A stretch of DNA of 34,473 bases from Chthoniobacterales bacterium (GTDB taxonomy: Bacteria > Verrucomicrobiota > Verrucomicrobiia > Chthoniobacterales > JACTMZ01). Under the pieces are notes generated by a model. The model was given only the letters and a program-made list of their open reading frames with translations. It ran no database searches and had not been told where the DNA came from. The stretch spans positions 1-34,473 of the forward strand of contig JBIKXZ010000002.1 of NCBI GenBank assembly GCA_044355525.1, in the 5' to 3' direction. Below are positions 7,710 through 17,100 of the stretch, one piece after another (the stretch's first letter is position 1; each line of letters opens with the position of its first letter). A program made the position numbers and the translations under genes.

Positions 7710-10285
7710 CAGTCGAGGAGGATCTGGTGGTTGATGAAGCCGTCGGTGATGACATTGTGGATGCCATAAGTCCGGTCGTTGATGTCGGCCAGCACCTCGA
7801 TCAGTTCACCGACGCGCGCCGGATCGAGTTGCACGCCGCCGCCCGCCTCGCCGGCGGCCGCGCTGGCCGGCAGCAGGTAAGCGGGCCACCCGGCACCGGC
7901 CACCAGACGCATGACATCCTCGAGCGCTTCGCGCGTGCGCACCATACCGGGCGAGCTGTCGTCCCTCGACCCGAGCAAACTTGCGCAGCGCCCGAGGCAA
8001 CGCCGCACCGAGCGCGGCATTTCGGGATGGTCGTAAAGCAACTGCAGCACGGGCACGGGCTCGGCGCGCATCTGGTAGACGCGGCGGTAGGCGTCGCGCG
8101 AGCCGAGCAGGCGAAGGAAGGCGGACAATTCGATTTCGATGGCGTGCTCGGGCAATTCGGAAAGCTTCTCCATGCGCCGCGCGATGGATTTGAAAATGGT
8201 CAGCCCCGCGTTGGCCGTGATGACCGCGCGCTCGAACTGCTGTCCGAGCAGGCAGAAATTCCACCCGCGGTCGGCCAGCATGGTCGATTCCGCCGTGCCG
8301 AAAAACTCGGCAATGCCCGACGCCGCTTCGTTGCTGAAACGTTGCGTGGCCAAAGCAAGGGCGGCCTCGTCGCCTTCCGGACGGAACCGCGCGCGGGCGA
8401 AGCGTCCTTCGAGATTATTGAGCACGCCGTAGGCTTCGACGCTGAGACATTCCATGATCTGTCCGGCGTTCCACACCGCGCGGCGCAGCGTGCTCGAGAC
8501 CGAACCCTCCTCGCGCCCGTCGAGCACGAGATGGTAACGCTCGAGCGCGCTGGTGATGCCGCGCTTGCGCCCGGTCTCGCGGTTTTCCAGGGGCGGAAGG
8601 ATGCGGTTCCAGACCGGACGGTAGAGCTGCCGCTCGGCGCGGTTGAGTTCCTCGGTCTCGAGGCTCTCCACCACGCCGACCATGTAGGCCAGGCTCTGCG
8701 CCCGCTCGAGATAGCGTCCGAGCCAGTAGAACGAATCGGCCACGCGACTGGTCACGTATCCCTGCGGCGCGTGCATCTCGGCGGTGCGGTTGACCACCAA
8801 GGCGCGCGGCCCGACTTCGCGGTCCGTGGCCAGCACCCACGTGTCTTTGCTCCCGCCACCCAACTCGGAAGCGGTGAACGCGCTGTCCTCCGGCGAGACG
8901 CGAGTCAGCGCCCCGGGAAACACTTCGTAGTCGCCGCCGGGGCAGCGCAGGGCGAAGACAATGTGGTCCTGGCACCGGTCGTCGAGCGAACCCTTGCGGT
9001 CGAGACAGACCGTGGCCGCGCCCGCCTCGCGCGGTTGGGCCACGAAATTCTGCGGCTCGTCTTCCAAACGCTTGCGCAATTTATCGATGTCTTTCCGGGC
9101 GCTGGCCGCGTGGTGGGCGAACGGCTCGCCGTAGAGCGGACGGATGTCGAATTCGTCGAGACGGTCGAGAATGTGGTCGCGCTGGTCGAGATCACCCAGC
9201 CACCATGTGCGCAAGGTGGGCAGGAGTTCCTCCTCACCGAGATAAAAGCGGATGATCCGCCGCGAATACTGCAGGAGCGCGCGATCGTCGGCCAGCTGGC
9301 TGCCCATCGCGTTGGCCACGGCCACCGTGCCCGCGCGCACGCATTGCGCGAGACCGGGCACGCCGAGCAGCGAATCGCGGCGGAAGACCATCGAATCGAG
9401 CCACGCGTCGGCCACGCGCGTGTAGAGGACGTCGATGCGCTCGAGACCCGACACGCTTTTCAAGTAAAGCCGGTCATCGAGCACGAGAAGGTCGCCGCCC
9501 TGGACGAGCGGGATGCCCATGCGGCGGGCGAGAAAACTGTGCTCCGAATACGCCGCACTCCCCGCCCCCGGGGTGAGCAAGGCCACGACCGGTTCGTCCG
9601 GCCGGTGCGGCGCGAGCGCGCGCAATGTTTCGAGGATGGAGACCGGGACATCGGCGATGCTTTGCGGATTGTGGTCATGGAAAGCCTCGGCAAAGACGCG
9701 CGAAAGCGCGCGGCGGTTCTGCATCATGTAGGAAATGCCCGAGGCATTGCTGAAGTAATGGTGCGCCACCGCCATGCGCCCGTCCGGCAAACGTGCCAGA
9801 GCCAGTCCCGACAAATGGAGAAAGGCGCCACCCGGACGCGGCAAGCCCACCGCGGGTCGCTGGAAATAGGGACTGCCGAGGACCGGTCGCGCCGGCACCG
9901 CCTGCGCACGGAGGATTTCCTTTTCGCCGTGGATATCCTGCAAAAACATCTCGAAGGCCCGCAGACGCTGCCGCACCCCCGCGGCCAGACGCTCCCATTC
10001 CGCACCCCCGAACAACTCGGGCAGCACATCGCAGAACCAAGGCCGCTGGCCCCACGGCCGGTCGCGGGCGATGTCGAAGGTCACCCCCATCTCCCGCATG
10101 GTCGCCTCGAGGCGCTCGATGATCAGCTTGGTCTCCGCGCGGGGCAGGCCCAGCACGAGATCGAGGAGCGGACGGTAAAGCTCCCGCGGCGCGCCGTCCG
10201 CGTCGAACACTTCGTCCCACAGCGGGCTCTGGCGCGCTTTTGCCTTCACCGCCGAGACCGTTCCCGCCGCACTCCGCAGGGTCAA
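7709..10285 (-). CDS. circularly permuted type-2 ATP-grasp domain fused to an alpha-E domain (858 aa)
   Basis: The N-terminal ~500 aa resemble the CP_ATPgrasp_2 (DUF404/DUF407) family (WDEVFDADGAPRELYRPL..., ALLTPGAGSAAYSEHSFLARRMGIPLVQGGDL). The C-terminal third begins with the alpha-E hallmark VTSRVADSFYWLGRYLERAQSLA (about nt 8755). This is the same architecture as the widespread Rv2567-type proteins. Confidence 0.85.
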   Translation of the reverse strand: MTLRSAAGTVSAVKAKARQSPLWDEVFDADGAPRELYRPLLDLVLGLPRAETKLIIERLEATMREMGVTFDIARDRPWGQRPWFCDVLPELFGGAEWERLAAGVRQRLRAFEMFLQDIHGEKEILRAQAVPARPVLGSPYFQRPAVGLPRPGGAFLHLSGLALARLPDGRMAVAHHYFSNASGISYMMQNRRALSRVFAEAFHDHNPQSIADVPVSILETLRALAPHRPDEPVVALLTPGAGSAAYSEHSFLARRMGIPLVQGGDLLVLDDRLYLKSVSGLERIDVLYTRVADAWLDSMVFRRDSLLGVPGLAQCVRAGTVAVANAMGSQLADDRALLQYSRRIIRFYLGEEELLPTLRTWWLGDLDQRDHILDRLDEFDIRPLYGEPFAHHAASARKDIDKLRKRLEDEPQNFVAQPREAGAATVCLDRKGSLDDRCQDHIVFALRCPGGDYEVFPGALTRVSPEDSAFTASELGGGSKDTWVLATDREVGPRALVVNRTAEMHAPQGYVTSRVADSFYWLGRYLERAQSLAYMVGVVESLETEELNRAERQLYRPVWNRILPPLENRETGRKRGITSALERYHLVLDGREEGSVSSTLRRAVWNAGQIMECLSVEAYGVLNNLEGRFARARFRPEGDEAALALATQRFSNEAASGIAEFFGTAESTMLADRGWNFCLLGQQFERAVITANAGLTIFKSIARRMEKLSELPEHAIEIELSAFLRLLGSRDAYRRVYQMRAEPVPVLQLLYDHPEMPRSVRRCLGRCASLLGSRDDSSPGMVRTREALEDVMRLVAGAGWPAYLLPASAAAGEAGGGVQLDPARVGELIEVLADINDRTYGIHNVITDGFINHQILLD

Positions 10286-10295
10286 GGAGATACCA

Positions 10296-11015
10296 TCAGC
10301 CTTTTGCGGCGACCCGCGCGCCGCGCGGCTTGCTGCGCAGACGGAACCAGTTGTTCCATGTCTTGCGGATGGTCTGGCGCGTGCTCAGGTAACGTTGTTC
10401 GAGTTCCGTGCCCTGACGCAACGCGGCGAGCACGCCCGGGACGGAAAAATCCTCCGTCTCCAGGATGGTGCAGGCCACGCCGACCGCCCCGGCGTGGTGC
10501 GCATCACTGCCGGCCGTCATGGGCAGCCCGCGCCGCAACGCGTAGTCGTAGGCCTTGCGATTGTGCCGCTTGAGTGTCGTCGCCGCATTGAACACCTCCA
10601 ACCCGTCGAGAGGCAACTCGTCGAGCACGCTCTCGCGGATGCCCGCGCGGAACAAATCGTAAGGATGCGGCGCCACGCACAAGCAGCCCGCCTCGTGCGC
10701 CGCGGCGCACACCTCGACCGCGGGACGCCCGCGCAACGTGGACGGCAGGGAGCACCCGAGACACAGCAAGTGACCGTCGGAAGTCGTGACCTCCACACCG
10801 GGAATAACCAGAAAATCATCCACCGGTTTCCCGTCCGCCCGCATCAATCCTTTCTCCAGCATGTAATCGACCGCCTCGCACGTGTTGTGGTCGGTCACGG
10901 CGAATCCGTTCAGCCCCGCCGCCCGCGCCGCGGCGATGAGGTCTTCGGGGCTGCTGATGCCGTCCATCGAGAAGAACGAATGGACATGGAAATCGATCCG
11001 GAGGGGCATGGGCAA
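10296..11015 (-). CDS. PHP-domain metal-dependent phosphoesterase
   Basis: 239 aa. PHP motifs are present: [30 protein letters not shown] and TAGSDAHH. It is on the same strand as the ATP-grasp gene and 10 nt upstream of it. Confidence 0.8.
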   Translation of the reverse strand: MPMPLRIDFHVHSFFSMDGISSPEDLIAAARAAGLNGFAVTDHNTCEAVDYMLEKGLMRADGKPVDDFLVIPGVEVTTSDGHLLCLGCSLPSTLRGRPAVEVCAAAHEAGCLCVAPHPYDLFRAGIRESVLDELPLDGLEVFNAATTLKRHNRKAYDYALRRGLPMTAGSDAHHAGAVGVACTILETEDFSVPGVLAALRQGTELEQRYLSTRQTIRKTWNNWFRLRSKPRGARVAAKG

Positions 11016-11089
11016 ATTGTCCCCCGCCGCAGCCAGTTGCCAAGAGCAAACGCCACCGCTTTCCCCCTTGCGGCGCGGCGGCGGCTGTT

Positions 11090-11857
11090 GTGCAATCGGC
11101 GCCGATGGACACCATCGGAATCGACATCGGCGGGTCCGGCATCAAGGGCGCGCCGGTCGACACCGCGCAAGGCACCCTGACCGCCGAGCGCCTGCGCATT
11201 CCCACTCCCTCGCCCTCCACGCCCGACGCCGTGGCCGGAGTCATCCGCCAGATCCTCGACGGTTTTTCCACGGTCACCGGTCCGGTCGGCATCACGTTTC
11301 CGGGCGTCGTGAAAAACGGACGCGTCCTCACCGCGGCCAATGTCGACCCGGTCTGGGCCGGTTTCGAAGCGGGCACGTTTTTCTCGGCCAAACTCGGTCG
11401 CCCCTGCACGGTGCTCAACGATGCCGACGCCGCCGGCCTCGCCGAAATGCGCTTCGGGGCCGGACGCGGCATCCATGGCGTGGTCATCCTTATCACCCTC
11501 GGCACCGGCATCGGCAGCGCCGTCTTTCTCGACGGGAAACTTCTCCCCAACACCGAACTCGGACACATGGAAGTGCGCGGCAAAGACGCGGAAGACCGCG
11601 CCGCGGAGCGCATCCGCGAGGAAAAAGACCTCGGCTGGCCCGAGTGGGCCGAGCGCGTCGGCGAGGTCATCGCCCGCTACGCCTTCCTCTTCAACCCGGA
11701 TCTCTTCATCATCGGTGGCGGGGTCAGCCGCAAGGCGGACAAATTCCTTCCCGTCGTGCAGGGCATGGTCAAAGTCCCCGTCGTTCCCGCCCAACTGCAA
11801 AACCAGGCGGGTTTGGTCGGTGCCGCCATTGTCGCCTCCGAAAGCGCCTCCGCATGA
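11090..11857 (+). CDS. ppgK: ROK-family sugar kinase, polyphosphate glucokinase-like
   Basis: 255 aa. [17 protein letters not shown] (the PPGK-type N-terminal ATPase motif), [41 protein letters not shown]. An alternative start is the ATG at 11105. Its stop overlaps the aroB start (ATGA). Confidence 0.78.
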   Translation: MQSAPMDTIGIDIGGSGIKGAPVDTAQGTLTAERLRIPTPSPSTPDAVAGVIRQILDGFSTVTGPVGITFPGVVKNGRVLTAANVDPVWAGFEAGTFFSAKLGRPCTVLNDADAAGLAEMRFGAGRGIHGVVILITLGTGIGSAVFLDGKLLPNTELGHMEVRGKDAEDRAAERIREEKDLGWPEWAERVGEVIARYAFLFNPDLFIIGGGVSRKADKFLPVVQGMVKVPVVPAQLQNQAGLVGAAIVASESASA

Positions 11858-12927
11858 TCGAGATTCCTCTCGCCATCCCCGGACGCGCCTGCCGCGTGCT
11901 TGCCGGTCCGGGACTGCTTGCGCAGACCGGAACCTTTTGCACCGAAGCCGGACTGCGCGGCACGTGCGCAGTCATCACCGACGAAAATGTCGGCCGGCTC
12001 CACGGCAGCGCCGTGATCGCAGCGCTTGAAGCCGCGGGTTTCTCCCCGCACCTGCTCGCCGTCCCAGCCGGGGAAAATTCCAAGTCCATGGCCGCCGCGG
12101 AAGACCTCGTCGACCGCATGCTCTCCGCCGGACTCGACCGCGGATCGTTCGTCGTCGCCCTCGGTGGCGGCGTGGTCGGCGACCTGGCCGGATTCGTCGC
12201 CGCCATCTACCTCCGCGGCATCCCCTGCGTGCAAATCCCCACCACCATCGTCGCGCAGGTCGACAGCTCGGTCGGAGGCAAGACCGGGGTCAACGCCCGC
12301 GCCGGAAAAAACCTCATCGGCGCCTTCCACCAACCGCGCCTGGTCCTCGCCGACACGCTCACGCTCGAAACATTGCCCGACCGCGAATACCGCGAAGGCT
12401 TCGCTGAGGTGATCAAACACGCCGTCATCCGCGATGGCGCCATGCTCGACGAACTCGATCCCGCCGCCGCGCGCGCGTCCCTCGCGCCGCTCATCGCCCG
12501 CAACATCGCGATCAAGGCCGCGATCGTAGCGGACGACGAACATGAACGGACAGGCCTGCGCGCCCTCCTCAATTTCGGCCACACCGTCGGCCACGCCATC
12601 GAGAACGTCGCCGGCTACGGCCAGTTGCTGCACGGCGAAGCGATCAGCCTCGGCACGTGTGCCGCCCTTCATGTTTCGCAGCGCAAATACGGACTCTCCG
12701 CGGCAGAGGCCGGACGCGTCCGCGAAAAGCTGCAAGCCTACGGCCTCCCCGTGATGATGCCGTCCGATCTCGGCACCGACGCCCTCCTCTCGGCCATGCG
12801 CCACGACAAGAAGTTCGCCGCCGGTCAGATCCGCTACGTCGTCACGCCAAAGCTCGGCGAAGCCTTCGTGGCCGAGGACGTGACCGAAGACGACATCCGC
12901 ACGGCGATTGACTCCCTCAGGAAATAG
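11854..12927 (+). CDS. aroB: 3-dehydroquinate synthase
   Basis: This is the in-frame ATG at 11854 within track ORF 10882..12927 (357 aa). Motifs: [60 protein letters not shown]. Confidence 0.92.
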   Translation: MIEIPLAIPGRACRVLAGPGLLAQTGTFCTEAGLRGTCAVITDENVGRLHGSAVIAALEAAGFSPHLLAVPAGENSKSMAAAEDLVDRMLSAGLDRGSFVVALGGGVVGDLAGFVAAIYLRGIPCVQIPTTIVAQVDSSVGGKTGVNARAGKNLIGAFHQPRLVLADTLTLETLPDREYREGFAEVIKHAVIRDGAMLDELDPAAARASLAPLIARNIAIKAAIVADDEHERTGLRALLNFGHTVGHAIENVAGYGQLLHGEAISLGTCAALHVSQRKYGLSAAEAGRVREKLQAYGLPVMMPSDLGTDALLSAMRHDKKFAAGQIRYVVTPKLGEAFVAEDVTEDDIRTAIDSLRK

Positions 12928-12941
12928 CTGAGGGTTGAGCA

Positions 12942-14063
12942 ATGCGGGCTGAGGCAGAGCAACTCGTCACTGGTGCGAAGCACCTCTATCTGCATATTCC
13001 CTTCTGCCTGCAAATCTGCCCGTATTGCAGCTTTTACAAGGACCTTGCCGGACCGGGCAAAGCGGACCCGCTGGTCGATGCCGTCATCCGCGAGGCGGAA
13101 CTCTTCGGCAGTGGCTGCGCGCCGAAGACCGTTTTCATCGGAGGCGGAACACCGACTGCATTGTCCGTCAGCCAACTTGAACGCCTTTTCCAAGGACTGC
13201 ACCGCCATCTCGATCTATCCGGCGCCGCCGAATTCACCATCGAGATGAACCCGGCCACCGTGACCGCGCGCAAAGCGGAACTTCTACGCGCGCACGGCGT
13301 CAATCGCGTCAGCATGGGCGTGCAATCATGGGATCAGGATTTGCTTAAAGTTCTCGGACGCGTCCACGACGCGGAACAAGTCCGCAAGTCCTTCGCCATC
13401 CTGCGCGCCGCCGGCTACGACAATCTCAACCTCGACCTCATCTACGGCGTGCCCGGCCAGACACTCGCGCAGTGGGAAGACAGCCTGTGTCAGACCGTCG
13501 CGCTGCAACCAGACCACATTTCCGCGTATTGCCTGACCTACGAGGAAGACACCGAATACTTCGAGCGACTGCAGCGCGGCGAATTCCGCGAGAACACGGA
13601 TCAGGACGCGGCCTTCTTCGAGCGCGGCGTCGAATTTCTCTCGGCTGCCGGCTACGACCAATACGAAATTTCCAACTACGCGAAACCCGGACGCTCCTGC
13701 CGTCACAATCTGGCTTACTGGGAGGGCGCCGATTACCTCGGACTCGGACCGAGCGCCTGGTCCACCCTCGGCGACCGCCGCTGGCAAAACGCACCCGACA
13801 CCGCCGCTTACGTCCGCGCCCTGCAAGCCGGCGTGCGCCCCATTTCGACCGAGGAAGTCCTCCCGCCCGAAGCCCGCGAGGCCGAAAAAATCGCTTTCGG
13901 ACTACGCATGAACGCCGGCATCGATCCGTCCAAGCTCGCCGGCAACCACGATCTTGTGACCAATCTGCGCGAAGAAGGCCTCCTCGAAGACCACGGCCCG
14001 CGCGTCCGCCTCACTGACCGCGGACGATTGCTGGCCGACGAAATCGCCGCGCAGTTGATTTGA
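12942..14063 (+). CDS. hemW: radical SAM heme chaperone HemW (HemN-like, oxygen-independent coproporphyrinogen oxidase family)
   Basis: 373 aa. It has the radical-SAM motif HIPFCLQICPYCSF, plus FIGGGTP, RVSMGVQS and a HemN_C-like tail. Confidence 0.88.
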   Translation: MRAEAEQLVTGAKHLYLHIPFCLQICPYCSFYKDLAGPGKADPLVDAVIREAELFGSGCAPKTVFIGGGTPTALSVSQLERLFQGLHRHLDLSGAAEFTIEMNPATVTARKAELLRAHGVNRVSMGVQSWDQDLLKVLGRVHDAEQVRKSFAILRAAGYDNLNLDLIYGVPGQTLAQWEDSLCQTVALQPDHISAYCLTYEEDTEYFERLQRGEFRENTDQDAAFFERGVEFLSAAGYDQYEISNYAKPGRSCRHNLAYWEGADYLGLGPSAWSTLGDRRWQNAPDTAAYVRALQAGVRPISTEEVLPPEAREAEKIAFGLRMNAGIDPSKLAGNHDLVTNLREEGLLEDHGPRVRLTDRGRLLADEIAAQLI

Positions 14064-14081
14064 CTCGCCCCCAGCAAACCG

Positions 14082-14103
14082 CTGGTCCTGCTTACGGGAC
14101 CAG
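14082..14103. terminator. hairpin between convergent hemW and the giant glycosidase gene
   Basis: CTGGTCC-tgcttacg-GGACCAG, a 7-bp stem that overlaps the TAA stop (14092-14094) of the minus-strand gene. There is no clear T-run. Confidence 0.35.
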
Positions 14104-17100
14104 GGTGATGGTGTAGAAAGCTTTGGTGGCTTCGCCGGGGGACTCGAGCATGACCTCGGTCTCGGCGGTTTCCGCCACCATCATGCCGCCAGGCATATCG
14201 GACCAGCCGGAGGCAAGGTCGTAAGAGTAGCGAATCTTGTAGATCGCACCGGGCGTGCTCTTGAAGCGGATGACCATTTGGGTCTCGCCGGGCTCGAGGT
14301 TGACGATCTGCAAGGCGGAGTTGCTGTCGTTGGCTGCGGTGCCGGCGAGGAATTCGACGTAGTTGCTGAAGCCATCGCCATCGAGGTCGCGATCGCGATC
14401 GGACGGATCGTTGGGATTCAGGCCATGGGCCAATTCGTATTCGTTGGTCAGGCCGTCGCCGTCGATGTCCGGATCGAGGGCATCGGGAATGCCGTTGCCG
14501 TTGGTGTCGGTGTAGTCGGCGTTGACGTCGACCAGCTTGAGGAACTGGGCGTGCTTGCCTTGGTAAGGCAGTCCGACGTAGAGCCCCTGATCGAGCAACT
14601 CGGCGCCGGTCTTGGGTTTGTCCCACAAGAACGCGGCGGGATTGGCGGAAACAAGATCGCGGATGTTGTAGGATTTCTGCCGTTCGATGCCGAAGTAGTT
14701 GGCGCTGCCGCCGGGGGCAGTGCCATTGAGATCAAAAGCGGCCGCCAGCGCGGTGATACCGCGGTAGTTGTTGTTCACGAAGACAAAGACCACATCCTGC
14801 AGACTCGCCGATACTCCCGGTTGCTGCACTTTGCCGATGGCGAACATGCCGTTCTCGAAGCCCCCGCCCTGCTGCAGGCGGTTGAGGAAGAAGACATTCT
14901 GGCTTTTCAGCGCGGGCGACGCGGCGCGGACCTTGTTCACCGCGCCGTAGAAGTTCTGCACGGCCCAGCCGAGCCCGTTGTCCAGATCGCGGCTGTCCCA
15001 GATGGACTTCATGTTGTTGTAGACCTTGAAGTTCGGGATGCGCTTGCCGAAGTTCAGTTCGTATTTGCCGAAGTTCCGCGCGCTGTTGATCGGGCCGAAG
15101 ATGCCCGTGCTCGCGGCGTAGCCCGTGGCGCTGTTCTGGGCGCCGGCCTCCTGGCCGTAAAGAATCATCGGGATGCCGTCCATGGCGGCCGTCTGCGCGT
15201 AAGCATAGGCCAGACTCCAGACATCGTTGTGCGGGAAGACTTCGTCGTGGCTGACGAGGTTGTTGAGCAGCGTCACGTTGTCGAAGGCGCGGCGGCGGCG
15301 GTCGTAGGCGAGGAACGTTTCGCCAGTCGAGAATTTGCCGACGCTGCCAGCGTTGTCGCCGTTCGGATCGTAGCCGAAGAAGTTGTCGCGCCAGTAGAAG
15401 ACGATGTTCTCGTTGAGGATGTCGAAGTGACGCGCCGAGCGGTAACCGACGCCGTGGCGCAGGCTGCCAGCGACTTCGCGGAAGCCGTCGAGCGACTCGG
15501 CCATGAAGAGGAAGTCCCACTTCACGCTGCGGGTCTTGTTGATGCAATACTCCCAGAACTGCGAGGGCAGACCCTGCGCGAAGTCGCAGCGGAGGCCGTC
15601 GATGCCTTTGTGGGATTGTTCCTTCGGCGTGCCGCGCAGATGACCGGATTTCTCGATCCAGTAAATCGGATAGTAGGCGAAATACTCCCAGACTTGGCGC
15701 GTCTCCGGCGTGTGGCCGAAGAATTCGTCGCGCTCGACGAGGAATTCGAATTTGTGCGCGTTGTCCGGATAAGACTTGTTGGCGTTTTGCGTGCCCTTGG
15801 CTTTGACCAGCGCGTCGTAATTGCCGAAGTAGAATTCGCGCACGTCGGTCCAGTTGCCGAAATCATTGCGGTCGGGCGCGATGGCGATGTCCGAAAGGCC
15901 CGTCGCCTGCTGCGCGGGGAAGCCTTCTTTGGCATACCAGCGGTGGTTGGCATCGCGGATTTCGGCCGTGGGGCTGTAGCCGAAGCCAAGATCCGCCGCA
16001 CCCTGACCCATGATGACGTCGGGGGCGCTGTGATTGAACGTGCCATCCATCATCACATCGACCCCCCAGTTATCCAAACGACTGACGAAGGTCTGGAACT
16101 CGGCCAAGGCGTTGGCCGCCGTGTTGCTGCGTCCGAGCATGGGCGCGACCGACCAGTAGTCTTGCACAGCATAAGGACTGCCCGGATCAAACTCCTTGCC
16201 GGTCTCGGGATTTATATCGCGCTTGTCCACACCGATCGGATGGATCGGCTGCAACCAGAGCATGTTCACGCCCATGGCGGCATAATGATTCTTGTTGAGA
16301 GCGTCGGGACGTCCGTCAAAGCCGCCCGCCTCGCCCGGCAAAGCCGGATCGTTGACCAGATCGAGGAAAGTCCCGCGGCCGGCGAAGGTATTGTCCTTGG
16401 CCTCCACGATGAGCGGGTTGACCTCATACATGTTGGCGGTGAGGGCTTTCTTGGGCGACACGACGATGGCGCAGTCGCGGCGTTGCGCGTGGTCCGTGTA
16501 GTAAATGTAGTCGCCACCGTTAACTTTGTAGCGGACCTGCAGGCGGTAAGCACCGCAACGATTCACTGGCAAGGTGATGCTGTAGTAACCGTCGCCGTCC
16601 GGACCGGTCATCGGGTAAGCGCGGAAATAGGTATCGGTCGAGGTGGTGGTCACGCGCGAGCGGTCCTCCTCGAGCACGGCAAACTCGCGGCGGTTGAGGT
16701 TGGTGAAGACCTCGACGTTGGACACGAGGGCGGACGGGGCCGTGTTGGGTTTGAATTTGACCGTGATCTCGGCGGAATCCTTCAGGAGTTCGTCGAGGTA
16801 GAAACGGCGCAGGCCGTAATTGCCGTCCGCGGTGTCGTTGTTCACCACGGTGAGCATCTCGGGCGCGCCCGCATCGAACCAACCGTCGAGATTCTCGTCA
16901 CGAATCGAGGAGATCCTGACAGGCTGGTATTCCACGACCTGGACGCTCGAGTCCCCGTCCCATGTCGGGGGGGCTTGGGACTCGATCCGCCCCAGAGCGC
17001 CTCCCCCGTAGGCCACCGCAGACAAGTAAAGCACCGGCGGAACGGAACCGAATACTTCGACCAGGTCGATTTCCGATTCGAGGGCCTTGCCGCTGTCGCC

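Noticed and set aside
7529-10573. 1014-aa plus-strand ORF
   Set aside because: It is antisense to the ATP-grasp/alpha-E and PHP genes. Its composition is Arg/Ala/Gly/Pro-rich and low in complexity with no recognisable motifs. This is a typical shadow ORF of a high-GC coding region, whereas the minus-strand products carry clear family signatures.
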